A DNA stretch of 63,527 nt, filler included, from Octopus bimaculoides (taxonomy: Eukaryota), in assembly GCF_001194135.2 (NCBI RefSeq). It is 5 parts of 5 records of this genome, joined end to end, with 100 filler letters (N's around TTAATTAATTAA, not from the genome) between each part and the next. Parts side by side here need not be neighbours in the genome. Positions count along the whole stretch, not along the records: positions 46,203 to 53,839 come from NC_068981.1; positions 53,940 to 63,527 come from NC_068983.1; 3 more parts are not named here. One strand, 5' to 3'. The notes under the pieces are model-generated. The model saw nothing but the letters and a program-made list of their open reading frames with translations, did not search any database and was not told the origin of the DNA. How positions within the stretch are numbered: position 1 is the stretch's first letter; each line of letters opens with the position of its first letter. Shown piece after piece: positions 51,888 through 63,527 of this stretch. A program made the position numbers and the translations under genes.

Positions 51888-52288
51888 AGGCGGAGGGATG
51901 GCTGTGTGGTAAGTAGCTTGCCTACCAACCGCATGGTTCCGAGTTCATTCCCACTGCGTGGCATCTTGGGCAAGTGCCTTCTACTATAGCCTCGGGCCGA
52001 CCAAAGCCTTGTGAGTGGATTTGGTAGACGGAAACTGAAAGAAGCCTGTCGTATATATGTATATATGTGTATGTGTGTTTGTGTGTCTGTGTTTGTCCCC
52101 CAACATCGCTTGACAACCGATGGTGGTGTGTTTACGTCCCCGTAACTTAGCGGTTCGGCAAAACAGACCGATAGAATAAGTACTAGGCTTACAAAGAATA
52201 AGTCCTGGGGTCGATTAGCTCAACCAAAAGGCGGTGCTCCAGCATGGCCAGAGTCGAATGACTGAAACTAAGTAAAAGAGTAAAAGAG
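51888..52288 (+). mobile_element. full-length SINE family A (tRNA head, CORE-like CCTTGGGCAAGTG block, internal TA/GT microsatellite, AAGAGTA tail)
   Basis: Best-preserved copy. Probably one of the described octopus OR/OK SINEs, but the name could not be checked. Confidence 0.9.
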
Positions 52289-53043
52289 TATACACACATT
52301 TACGTACGCGTACATTGAATGTATCATAGATATTCTCAGAAATACACATGCATTCATACATGCATGTTTGTATTACGCGTGCGCACCCCCCCACCCCAAA
52401 GTGGATGTGTGAAAGTATGAATGCATAGAAAGACTAAAGATTTCCGAATTATGTTTTTGAAAGGACAGTGTATAAATATAAATATGTATTATATCATAAG
52501 CACAATATATTTATGTGCATCCTATATGAGTACGTGTGACTAATTTATAAGCTTTCAAGTTCACACGCTCATTAAGTTTATTTATCTATTTTGTCCACTA
52601 ATTTTCTCTAATAAACTCAGCCGAAAACCTGTTTAGCGTGGGCTTATTTCTACTGACAAGGGGACGACCACACTTCTTTCACTTGGCCGACAACCAAGCG
52701 CCGGATGAACACATGTTGCGATTCCCTTCCATCTCTATCTCAATTTCTCTCTCTCACTTAATTTATGCCAATTATTTATGATATACTTATGATAGTCAGT
52801 CATATATTTGTTATATATATGTTATTTACGCAAGTAAATGATATTATCTAATACCATAATTCAACCATACTCTAGTTGTTCTTACACGCATTTTTTATAT
52901 TGTTGTAATATCTTTGGAAATTCAACAATATCAAAATTCTGATCGATAAGAAAAAACAACAACAAAGATTAGATCATTCCTCTTTGTAAAATAAACAAAA
53001 CTTTCATTCGAATTTATCTTGGTGAGGGAAAGAAATATCTAGA

Positions 53044-53263
53044 ATGGTACGGAATCAGTCGGAATCTTTTGAAGTGCCATTGGGCGATCAGAAATTTCAA
53101 AGAGGTTTCGTTACGAATGGCAGTCAAAGAAAAACCCGACACAGCACGCAAACAGCTCTTGTCGCGATGTCAGCATCTGTTTGGACTGGAGGATCCACCG
53201 CATATGATGCTTTTGGCCGAAACCGTGATGACACTATTTTAACTCTTGATGGATTCATGTCTG
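53044..53263 (+). CDS. candidate coding exon MVRNQSESFEV...RNRDDTILTLDGFMS(G); product unknown
   Basis: 73 open codons in unique, CpG-rich sequence ending at a strong donor TCTG|gtatgt. Acceptor is weak. Confidence 0.25.
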
Positions 53264-53494
53264 GTATGTGCATGTTTTACTAAAAATTTCATTATTTGCA
53301 TTTATTGTTGTTGTTATTTAACCCCAGATCAACCCCGATTGAGCGGGCCTTTGGTCAAAAACATTCTTGCCGTGAGCACCACGCAAAACGTGGAATCCAT
53401 TATATCCATTATATCTCTCCACTTTCTTACCTAATAATATTCGATATTTGTATAGGATATTTATTAAAGAATTATATCTTCAAAATATAATATA

Positions 53495-53585
53495 CTAGCA
53501 GAAATACCCGGCGTTGCCCGGGTTAAAGAGAATAATGAAATCTAAAAACGCCGTCTAGACTACGCATCATCTTTATATATAGAGA
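53495..53585 (-). mobile_element. 91-bp non-autonomous Helitron
   Basis: On the minus strand: 5' TC, subterminal hairpin ACCCGG-GCAACG-CCGGGT, 3' CTAG, inserted between A and T with no TSD. Confidence 0.8.
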
Positions 53586-53839
53586 TGTATATACACACAC
53601 GCACCCAAACACACGTATATATATGTATATCAATATAAATATATGAAAGTCAATGAAGTTTCGTAAAAGAAGGTGATCATGTACATACTTTCTTGCTGTT
53701 GTGATTATAACACCTCATTGTAAACTATGTTCCTTGTTTTCCCTTGTGGAGCATATACAAATAGGTTTTTTGTTGCTGCCCACTCTTGAGCAGCCAACAT
53801 ACAGTTGTCCATGTGAGAAGCAGGGCTCTTCCAAGAGAA

Positions 53840-53939
53840 NNNNNNNNNNNNNNNNNNNNNNNNNNNNNNNNNNNNNNNNNNNNTTAATTAATTAANNNNN
53901 NNNNNNNNNNNNNNNNNNNNNNNNNNNNNNNNNNNNNNN
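53840..53939. other. assembly join cassette N44-TTAATTAATTAA-N44
   Basis: Same 100-bp cassette. Confidence 0.95.
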
Positions 53940-53974
<35 letters not shown>

Positions 53975-54147
53975 CACATATATACAGACACTATATATAT
54001 ATATAATGGAACCCTAAAACAGATCCTTAGACCCAGCCTTAGCTGTAATCTTGGAACCTAACGGTCGACCAACTACAGCACTTACCTAGCGTACTTATTC
54101 GTTTAGCTCGCAAGTGAACTAAACCCCTCATATTATATATGTATATG

Positions 54148-54212
<65 letters not shown>

Positions 54213-54634
54213 TCATATATATTCGACTCAAACCCTTCAAGGTGGTGCCCCAGCATGGCAGCAGTCCTGTGTGTGAAACAAGCGAATGATTTCATTTGAA
54301 AAGTTGTGAGATCGAATCCCGTCGAAAACTGCAGTGGTATTGTTATAGTTTTTGTTTAGACACAGATCAATCTTGATCCAGTAGGTCTACAATCGAGGGT
54401 ATTGTTCCCAGGAACAATAAACTTAGAGAATCATTATCAAAATATCTTATCATATTGTGCTCTTGAACTGTAGTCGACGAGCGATGTGACGAAGAGTAAA
54501 AAGAAATAGAGTTAGGTTGCACGTTAAAGTGTAAAACTAAATGGCCAAGTAAACTTCACGCTAACGTGTCACCAAACAGTTGCTATTGGCACGGAACTGC
54601 GATCTGTAAATAGTACTTTGTTATTTATTTGACA

Positions 54635-54760
54635 AAGGCGGCGCACTGGCAGAATAGTAAGCGCACCGGACAAAATTCTCAGCGGTATTTCTTCCGGCTT
54701 TACACTCTAAGTTCAAATTCCACCAAGGTCGACTTTGCCTTTCATCCTTTCGGGGTTGAT
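54635..54760 (+). mobile_element. SINE family B, 5' half
   Basis: Family B head and central block. Confidence 0.85.
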
Positions 54761-55936
54761 GTAGTGATGACTGTGGTGGTGCTTTCGTAGTGTTGTACTG
54801 GTATGATGGAAGTTTTAGTCGTTGTGATGTAGTTATAATTTATGTAGTTGCGGAGATTGTCAGTTGTTGGTTGATGTAGATCAGCTATTGAGACTACAAT
54901 GGTACACAGAACGGCAGGTGCTATTTTAGCGTGCGGTCTACTGCAGTAGCCGAAGTCTACGTGATGAATGACCTGATCTGGATTAAGATTAGGATTAGGG
55001 TTAGGTTCGGGTTTAGGTTTAGGTTAGTGTTTAGAGTTACGTAGCCTAACATTAACCCTAAGATACGTAGCAGTTGAGCATTGGGGTCATTGAAATCGAC
55101 CATCTTTCTCCTCCCCTAAATCTTCAGTTCTTGTGTCTATTGTAGAAAGGATTATTAACTAGGCAAAAAAAAAAGCAGGAATGGGCAGAGTGATTAGGGA
55201 AAACTATTCAATGAAAAATTAAGAAATTGTTAAAATGTAATTTTGTTATTTACACGACTGAATTTTGTCGAATAATTACAAATTTTTATTGTTAGTGCAA
55301 AACCACGTTAAAGTCAACCATGGTGGCTTCTTTAAAGCCCGTCATCAGTATTAAATTCTTATTGTGGGTTCTTTCAATGAACTGCGGTCAAACTGGGGCA
55401 ACAACTTAAAGGATTTTATAGATTACATCAAGCCCGTTGTTTTATCTTATACATATTTCATCGACTCTTGAACGAAGAAATGCAATGTCGACCAGTGCAG
55501 GAATTAAACTCAGAACGTAAAGGAGTATTGCTAAATATCACATTGCATCATATCCGATACTTTCCTGGCACTTCCAAGAAAATTGTTTGATAAATTTCCT
55601 AGCGTCGGTTTGATTTTTGTTTTAATTACAATTTAATTATTGTAATTTATCTTGATAAATAAGTCATCTTATTAATAATGTAGCTTATTTATAATATTAA
55701 TAATAACCTTGTTAATAATGTTATTAATAGTTACCTTGTCAATAATTATCTAATCAATAATTCAATTTCCAACGGTTTCCATTTTATAGTATTTGACCAT
55801 TTGACATATCCTACGGCTTTCGTCGATTCTATCCAGATTAATAACCAATTACTGCTATTCAATCTGCTTTGCTACGATCCATAAAAACCAAACAATTCAG
55901 ACCTTCGCAGGAAATTGTCTATAATTGAATAATTAC

Positions 55937-56092
55937 CTTCCCAGTAGTCTGATGGTCGATTTGATGGAACGAAACAACCAATCTCCATTACATCTTTGTC
56001 AATAACCTTCTGAAAGATGATACTTAAACGAATAAGAGTGGGAAATTTGACTGGCTCCATTTTACTGTTAAACAGTGGCATACCGACGACTG
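55937..56092 (-). CDS. candidate 156-nt phase 1-1 exon (A)VVGMPLFNSKMEPVKFPTLIRLSIIFQKVIDKDVMEIGCFVPSNRPSDYWE(G); product unknown
   Basis: Lies within a 104-codon open frame; acceptor cgtttag, strong donor GAAG|gtaatt, symmetric length. Confidence 0.25.
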
Positions 56093-56544
56093 CTAAACGA
56101 TTTACAGAGCAGTTTAATACATTATATGAGTATTCGTGTATTCTTTTATTGGTTCCATTCATTGAATTTCGGCCGCTCAGGGTCACAACTTTTCGGGGTT
56201 TTAATAATCGATTACATTGACTCTACTACTTTGTCTGGTACTTATTTCATCGATCGTGTGAGATACAAAATGTGAAGTAGGCATCAACATAAAAGGATTT
56301 CAATCGGTTATCGTTCAGAGCATTATCGCATTCTGTGCAAATGAACCGGGGGTTTTATTCCTCATCCTACTGATATATATGTGTGTGTGCGTGTAGGTAC
56401 AAATATGTGTATGTTTGTGTATGCGTGCGTGTATATATGTGTGTGTGTAGTATGTATGTATGTATGTATGTATGCATGTATGTACGCATACATACTATGA
56501 ATAAACCTTATTCATCGTATAGCTTTGCTGTGTTGCTTTTTTTT

Positions 56545-56915
56545 TTACCAACCACATGGTTCTGGGTTCAGTTCCACTGCATGGCACCTTGGGCAAGTGT
56601 CTTCTACTATAGCCTCGGGCCGACCAAAGCCTTGTGAGTGGATTTGGTAGACAGAAACTGAAAGAAGCCCGTCGTATATATGTATATATATATATGTATG
56701 TGTGTGTGTATATCATTGTGTGTCTGTGTTTGTCCCCCCAACATCGCTTGACAACCGATGTTGGTTTGTTTACATCCCCGTAACTTAGCAGTTCAGCAAA
56801 AGAGACTGCTAGAATAAGTACTAGGCTTACAAAGATTAAGTCCTGGGGTCGATTTGCTCGAGTAAAGGCGGTGCTCCAGCATGGCCGCAGTCAATTGACT
56901 GAAACAAGTAAAAGA
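56545..56915 (+). mobile_element. near-full-length SINE family A
   Basis: High identity to 51888-52288. Confidence 0.9.
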
Positions 56916-58679
56916 GAATATTTTACTTTACGCGCTGTGTGGTGTGTGTGCGCGCGCGCGCGTATTTGTCTGTCTGTCAATCTGTCTATGTGTATTTATG
57001 CATATGCATAAAATCATGCAGACTCCAAGACGACTGCTGTTGGTCTGCGTCGGTGGTATTGTTTCGTAAAACCAACTATACATATATTATCTCATTTGTT
57101 AACTATATATATTTGTATGCGTGTATGTATGCACACACGTACATATATGTACATATATATCTTATTTGGCCGAAACATCGAAGTCACTGTCAACAACATT
57201 CTTGTTTAAGAACAATATATTTGTACTCTACCAAAGTGATTAACAGATCGCATAGAATTGTTTTTATTATAACTGAATATAAAAACAAACATTAATCTAA
57301 ACAGCTCTGTTCCGAAGTGAGTGTTTTCGTAACATTAACTGAAAACGGGGAAAATACAGCTACATTCACTACACTTTTCAATGAAAAGCATGCCGATACC
57401 TACCAAAAAACGTTACCTTAAGCAATTAAAATTATTCTCAAAACACAATTCCATAACAAACTACCGCAAAAACCTAATTACCAACCCACTCAAATCCACA
57501 CACTCTAAAATGATTCTAACTGAGACTATATATGTACGTATGTATGTATGGATGGATGGATGGATGGATGGATGGATGGATGGATGGATGGATGGATGTA
57601 CGTATTTTTGTATGTATGTGGCATGTTTGTGTATGATTCCGATTGTAAATCAAACTCGAAACAACATTTCTTGTTTTGTGTTTTTACTAAACTTGTTTTA
57701 CCGAATTTCCTGCACTCCTGTAATTAAAGAGCATTTGTATTCAATTAACTCTAATAACATATTTCATACCATGTCTGTCGGTCAATGAAACACTGAATGA
57801 ATGAATGGATCAATAAATAAACAAACAAACAAGCAAATACAAAAATAAATAACCAAATAAATAAATAATCATGTTTTTCATCTCTACGAAATGTTACGAA
57901 GGTAAACACGTGAGTAGAAACAAGAAAAAGGACTTCTACACGATTTCGAAATATAAGACTTAACCACGAGTTGTAGAAATATCAATTCGTCCGTCGGAGC
58001 GACGATGATCAATAGTCATCTTTAAGGTTGACTGATGACTCACGAGTTGGCTTTGTTTAAAGTGAAGAAGAGTTGTGTATTGTCAACCTTACTCTCTTGT
58101 CTGTGACCATCTTCAATCCAGCCACAAGACCAGGTCAAGATGACTGGGGACAGAGACGGATGCAGTAGATGTGGGTGACCAAGATATCTTTCTTGTCTCA
58201 TTTTCCTCTCTGCATTCCGCATTGCGTTGCTGCAGTCACCTTCCCATTCGTTGAACCATGAAAGTTTCTTGCGCAGAGTCCGCCGAATTCAGTTTTCACA
58301 TGCATAGGCAGGCAAGCCTTAACATGTTATTAACATATATGTGGGACCCTGACATGTGCTAATACTCCGAATCAGAGTAGATCTAGGAACAATAGGGGCT
58401 AAGAAGTGGTTCCACACTCTCCTCAAAACGCTGTAACTACTGAACCAAGGCACCACTACTGGATGCAATTTGAAGTCAAGTTCAGTACAAATACAGACGT
58501 GCAATAGTTAACCGTCATATGACGATGGGTAACTTCGGAAGTATACTTTTGACACCCTGGGTAATATCACAAAACATATTATCTATACAATAATATCTAT
58601 ACAATAATCAAAATTTAACTTTTATCAAATTTCTTGGTACTTATTTTTATAGAATGATGAAATAAATACTAATTTTCAA

Positions 58680-58800
58680 TTAGGTGTGGCTGTGCCATAA
58701 GAAGCTTGCTTCCTAACCACATGGTTCCCGGTTCAGTCCCACTGCGTGGCAATTTAGGCAAATGTCTTCTACTGTAGCCTCGAGTCGACCAAAGTCTTTG
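58680..58800 (+). mobile_element. SINE family A, 5' part
   Basis: Head and CORE-like block. Confidence 0.8.
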
Positions 58801-59647
58801 AAGAATTATTTAGTCGATCGAATCACACACCCCCAGCACTTTTTCTTGTTTAAGCCTGGTACTTATTCTATTGGCGTGCTTATTCTATCTGCCAGCGCGC
58901 TGCTTGTAACATGGTAAAATATTATATAACAGCTCCATTGCTCTTTTTCACATATTTTTTCTGACGAAAAGATTTGCTTGAAACGTTAGTATTTCAAGTA
59001 GACTCTCCACTGCAAAGCGAATCCATTGCAAATCTGCGAATTATAATTTTACATAACATCGTATTTGTTAGCGAACACGTTTGCCACAACAGACACCCAA
59101 TCCTACCCATTACCTAACTCAATAAAGTAAACAGCATAAAGGAAGTTTAGATAATTACGAACTTCTGTTTTTTATCATTGTTATTATTTTAAATTTCGCT
59201 CGTCAGCAACCTCGAGTTAACTCCCTGCAAAGGTTAGAAATAATTAAATGATAAGAAATGTTTATTTCACGTTTATAAAACCACACTTCTATTCGTCGTA
59301 GTATTATTATAAGAATATTTTTTATGTCAGATTTTTCTAATTACTTTTTCTTTTATTTCTAAATACCGTCGTTGGTCTGTCTGTTTATCTAACCGAATGT
59401 TTGCGTATTTGTCTGTCTGCTGGTACCTGTATTTTACTTTAAAACAATCAGCTGCTTACAAGAGGAAACGAGCTGTGAAAAACAAGCAGCGGCTACAAGA
59501 ATGACAAAACAGAGAAGCTTTACACTACAGGAAGATAAGCAAATGAACGGAAATTAACGATGTGCTAATTCGGATGCAGTCGTTAACAGTAAAATAAATC
59601 AATCTGCCAACAAATAAAATTGGTAAGAAAAATAATAATAAAATTCC

Positions 59648-59700
59648 AGAGAGAGTGAGAGAGAGTGGGTGAGGAAGGAGAAGCCGAGATAGTGAGAAAG

Positions 59701-59734
<34 letters not shown>

Positions 59735-60073
59735 GACAGAGAGAGAGACAGAGAGAGAGACAGAGACAGACAGACAGACAGAGAGAGACAGAGAGAGAGA
59801 CACAGAGAGAGAGAGAGACAGAGAGAGACAGAGAGAGACAGAGACAGAGAGAGACAAAGACAGAGACAGAGACAGAGACAGAGACAGAGAGACAGAAACA
59901 GAGAGAGAGACAGAGAGAGAGAAAGACACAGAGAGAGAGAGACAGAGAGAGAGAGACAGAGAGAGAGAGACAGAGAGAGAGAGACAGAGAGAGANNNNNN
60001 NNNNGACAGAGAGAGAGAGACAGAGAGAGAGAGACAAAGAGAGAGAGACAGAGAGAGAGAGACAGAGAGAGAG
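59648..60073. repeat. compound (AG)n/(AGAC)n repeat
   Basis: Directly visible. Confidence 0.95.
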
Positions 60074-60280
60074 AGTATTAACAGAAATATGTAAATAAAA
60101 AAATATTGTATTAGATGAAGAGGATAGAAAATGGGAAGAGAAGAAAGTTATTATAACAGGAGTGAAGCGAAATAGACGCGAAATAAAGTTTAAGCAGAAA
60201 TGATTAACTGGGAAAGTGAAAGACCAACCGCCATTGTGACATCTTTCGCATTTGTCACCCTTGTGACAAATAAAAGAATT

Positions 60281-60389
60281 CATCACCATCATCATCATCA
60301 TCATCATCATCATCACCACCACCATCATCGTCATCATCATCATCATCATCATCACCACCACCACCATCATCATCACCACCACCATCATC

Positions 60390-60445
<56 letters not shown>

Positions 60446-60780
60446 TACATNNNNNNNNNNNNNNNNNNNNNNNNNNNNNNNNNNNNNNNNNNNNNNNNNN
60501 NNNNNNNNNNNNNNNNNNNNNNNNNNNNNNNNNNNNNNNNNNNNNNNNNNNNNNNNNNNNNNNNNNNNNNNNNNNNNNNNNNNNNNNNNNNNNNNNNNNN
60601 NNNNNNNNNNNNNNNNNNNNNNNNNNNNNNNNNNNNNNNNNNNNNNNNNNNNNNNNNNNNNNNNNNNNNNNNNNNNNNNNNNNNNNNNNNNNNNNNNNNN
60701 NNNNNNNNNNNNNNNNNNNNNNNNNNNNNNNNNNNNNCATCATCATCATCATCATCATCATCATCACCACCACCACCATC

Positions 60781-60812
<32 letters not shown>

Positions 60813-60825
60813 CGTCGTCATCATC

Positions 60826-60881
<56 letters not shown>

Positions 60882-60885
60882 TACA
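60281..60885. repeat. (CAT/CAC)n repeat spanning a gap
   Basis: Directly visible; source of the poly-H/M/D ORFs. Confidence 0.95.
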
Positions 60886-60969
60886 TCGCCGTCACTGTCG
60901 TCTTTGTCTTCGTCGTCGTTCGTTGTTGATGCTGTTGTTATAGTTGCTGTTGTTGTTGTTGCTGTTGTT

Positions 60970-61135
60970 AAGTAGCGAGCTGGCAGAATCGTTAACAAAC
61001 CGAACAAAATGCTTGGCGACATTTCTTCCGGTCTTACGTTCTGAGTTCAAATGCAACCGAAGTTGACTTTGCCTTCCTGTCCTTTAAGGGTCGATGGAAT
61101 TAGTACCAAGCAAGTACTGGAGTTGATATAATCGA
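60970..61135 (+). mobile_element. SINE family B
   Basis: Family B head, central block and tail. Confidence 0.85.
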
Positions 61136-61136
61136 G

Positions 61137-61140
<4 letters not shown>

Positions 61141-61186
<46 letters not shown>

Positions 61187-61401
61187 TTATGTTTGACTTT
61201 TGTTTTGCATTTGTACAAGTTGGATCCAAGTCTCACCCAGAGACCTCAAGAGACAACAAGTTAGAAGTTCATGTAGGTGTTATGCCTAGGGTACCATATA
61301 TTTGGATTTGTACAGTTTTGTTCAAGTGAATGTTTAAGAAACCATAAGAACATTATGTGTTTGCTTTAAAATTTGAGATCACATAGACAGTATTTTACGT
61401 A
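61141..61401 (-). mobile_element. 3' end of a Dong/R4-like LINE, rest in the gap
   Basis: Minus strand RKILSM-stop (compare HILRKTFSI at 12.6 kb), then a 3' UTR and (TAA)n tail. Confidence 0.5.
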
Positions 61402-62396
61402 NNNNNNNNNNNNNNNNNNNNNNNNNNNNNNNNNNNNNNNNNNNNNNNNNNNNNNNNNNNNNNNNNNNNNNNNNNNNNNNNNNNNNNNNNNNNNNNNNNN
61501 NNNNNNNNNNNNNNNNNNNNNNNNNNNNNNNNNNNNNNNNNNNNNNNNNNNNNNNNNNNNNNNNNNNNNNNNNNNNNNNNNNNNNNNNNNNNNNNNNNNN
61601 NNNNNNNNNNNNNNNNNNNNNNNNNNNNNNNNNNNNNNNNNNNNNNNNNNNNNNNNNNNNNNNNNNNNNNNNNNNNNNNNNNNNNNNNNNNNNNNNNNNN
61701 NNNNNNNNNNNNNNNNNNNNNNNNNNNNNNNNNNNNNNNNNNNNNNNNNNNNNNNNNNNNNNNNNNNNNNNNNNNNNNNNNNNNNNNNNNNNNNNNNNNN
61801 NNNNNNNNNNNNNNNNNNNNNNNNNNNNNNNNNNNNNNNNNNNNNNNNNNNNNNNNNNNNNNNNNNNNNNNNNNNNNNNNNNNNNNNNNNNNNNNNNNNN
61901 NNNNNNNNNNNNNNNNNNNNNNNNNNNNNNNNNNNNNNNNNNNNNNNNNNNNNNNNNNNNNNNNNNNNNNNNNNNNNNNNNNNNNNNNNNNNNNNNNNNN
62001 NNNNNNNNNNNNNNNNNNNNNNNNNNNNNNNNNNNNNNNNNNNNNNNNNNNNNNNNNNNNNNNNNNNNNNNNNNNNNNNNNNNNNNNNNNNNNNNNNNNN
62101 NNNNNNNNNNNNNNNNNNNNNNNNNNNNNNNNNNNNNNNNNNNNNNNNNNNNNNNNNNNNNNNNNNNNNNNNNNNNNNNNNNNNNNNNNNNNNNNNNNNN
62201 NNNNNNNNNNNNNNNNNNNNNNNNNNNNNNNNNNNNNNNNNNNNNNNNNNNNNNNNNNNNNNNNNNNNNNNNNNNNNNNNNNNNNNNNNNNNNNNNNNNN
62301 NNNNNNNNNNNNNNNNNNNNNNNNNNNNNNNNNNNNNNNNNNNNNNNNNNNNNNNNNNNNNNNNNNNNNNNNNNNNNNNNNNNNNNNNNNNNNNNN

Positions 62397-62455
<59 letters not shown>

Positions 62456-62547
62456 CTCATTTTTTACTTCCATCCATATAATAGTATTGTAAGAAGGATG
62501 GTGGCTGTTCGGGATACAGGGAAGAAATCAATAAAAAAAACAACAGC

Positions 62548-62585
<38 letters not shown>

Positions 62586-62639
62586 ATCGTTTGCATCATA
62601 TTGCTATTGACTGTCGTTAGATTTGATCCTACCCGTATC

Positions 62640-63060
62640 CTAAAATTTCACACCGAATACAAACTATAGGGGATGTAAGACGTGCGGAACGAAACGATCA
62701 GCAGATTTCGTATATTAATTGGATTTTCAAAGTGAAATCAATACTATGGTGATAGAGGTGAGTGGGAGACTGGTCGGGTGTTAGTAACATCGCTAGTGAC
62801 ACAACACACCCGTGAGGCGAATGTTCTCCGTGATGGGCACACTAAAATCGAACTGACTTAGTGAAGACTCGCGGAAATGTAAATTTCCCTCTCGTCCATA
62901 TCGGAAATGTATGCATTTGTTGCTGGTAATTCGAAAGAACGAGAGGAAGTATTTTCAAGGTAAAACCGGAAGTGTGATTTGATTAGCGGCCATTTTAATT
63001 AAGTTTGTACTGGTCAGCAGTGGCTGAGAGTCATACAGCTATAGTTAGTGACACAGCTAT
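62640..63060. promoter_or_regulatory. candidate promoter or enhancer: CpG-rich with ETS and YY1/Pho-like sites
   Basis: ACCGGAAGTG at 62965-62974, further GGAA cores at about 62873, 62903 and 62945, GCGGCCATTTT at 62986-62996, and a donor GAG|gtgagt at about 62757. Confidence 0.4.
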
Positions 63061-63217
63061 CGTCTAATGAACAGACATAGTGCTTTATGGTGCGTTTGCA
63101 TGTGTGTGTATTTGTGTGTGTGTGTTTGCGTTTTTCGCGTTGGTGAATACGTGTGTTGAGAGATAGGATTGTGTATCACTAAGTATTCCTGTGAGTATGT
63201 GTGAGAGACAGTATGAA

Positions 63218-63282
<65 letters not shown>

Positions 63283-63358
63283 TTCATCTTAGTATGTATG
63301 TTTCTACGCACTGCGTGGGGAAGAGAAATAGTATCTGTGTGTAAGCATGTGTATTTAT

Positions 63359-63400
<42 letters not shown>

Positions 63401-63417
63401 GGATAGATGGATAGATG

Positions 63418-63476
<59 letters not shown>

Positions 63477-63527
63477 GATGTACATATCTATAATATATAT
63501 GTATATATGTATATATATATATATATA

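Noticed and set aside
53236-53263. TILTLDGFMS resembles a phospholipase C EF-hand segment
   Set aside because: Upstream residues do not fit and no other PLC domains are present.
59219-59556. Plus-strand exon candidates at about 59219-59244 and a terminal exon from about 59452 (CLQEETSCEKQ...KQMNGN*)
   Set aside because: Splice-like motifs and short frames are frequent by chance here, and there is no independent support.
59525-61022. Poly-His, poly-Met, poly-Asp and ER-repeat ORFs
   Set aside because: Translations of (CAT)n and (AG/AGAC)n microsatellites plus gaps.

Overview
This is AT-rich, microsatellite-saturated eukaryotic draft-assembly DNA. The repeat families point to a coleoid cephalopod, most likely Octopus; this is inferred from recalled repeat families, not from a database search. 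No host protein-coding gene could be identified with confidence, and nearly all long ORFs in the supplied track come from simple repeats or N-gaps. Supported content: dozens of tRNA-derived SINE copies in at least four families (called A-D here); a degenerate RTE-clade LINE of about 3 kb (46.2-49.3 kb, minus strand); RTE and Dong/R4 3' fragments; a mariner remnant; several MITEs; a 91-bp non-autonomous Helitron; a tRNA-Thr-like pseudogene; and four N44-TTAATTAATTAA-N44 scaffold-join cassettes. Most interesting observations: (1) SINE family D has a tRNA head and a tail containing a minimal type I hammerhead-ribozyme motif of the Penelope type, and one copy has an inverted terminus; (2) a 146-nt near-perfect foldback with a 12-bp TSD is nested in a SINE; (3) a CpG-decayed domain spans about 30-51 kb; (4) SINEs are arranged in dense tandem and inverted groups; (5) there are low-confidence candidate exons and micro-exon pairs. 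Repeat boundaries are approximate, to within tens of bp.
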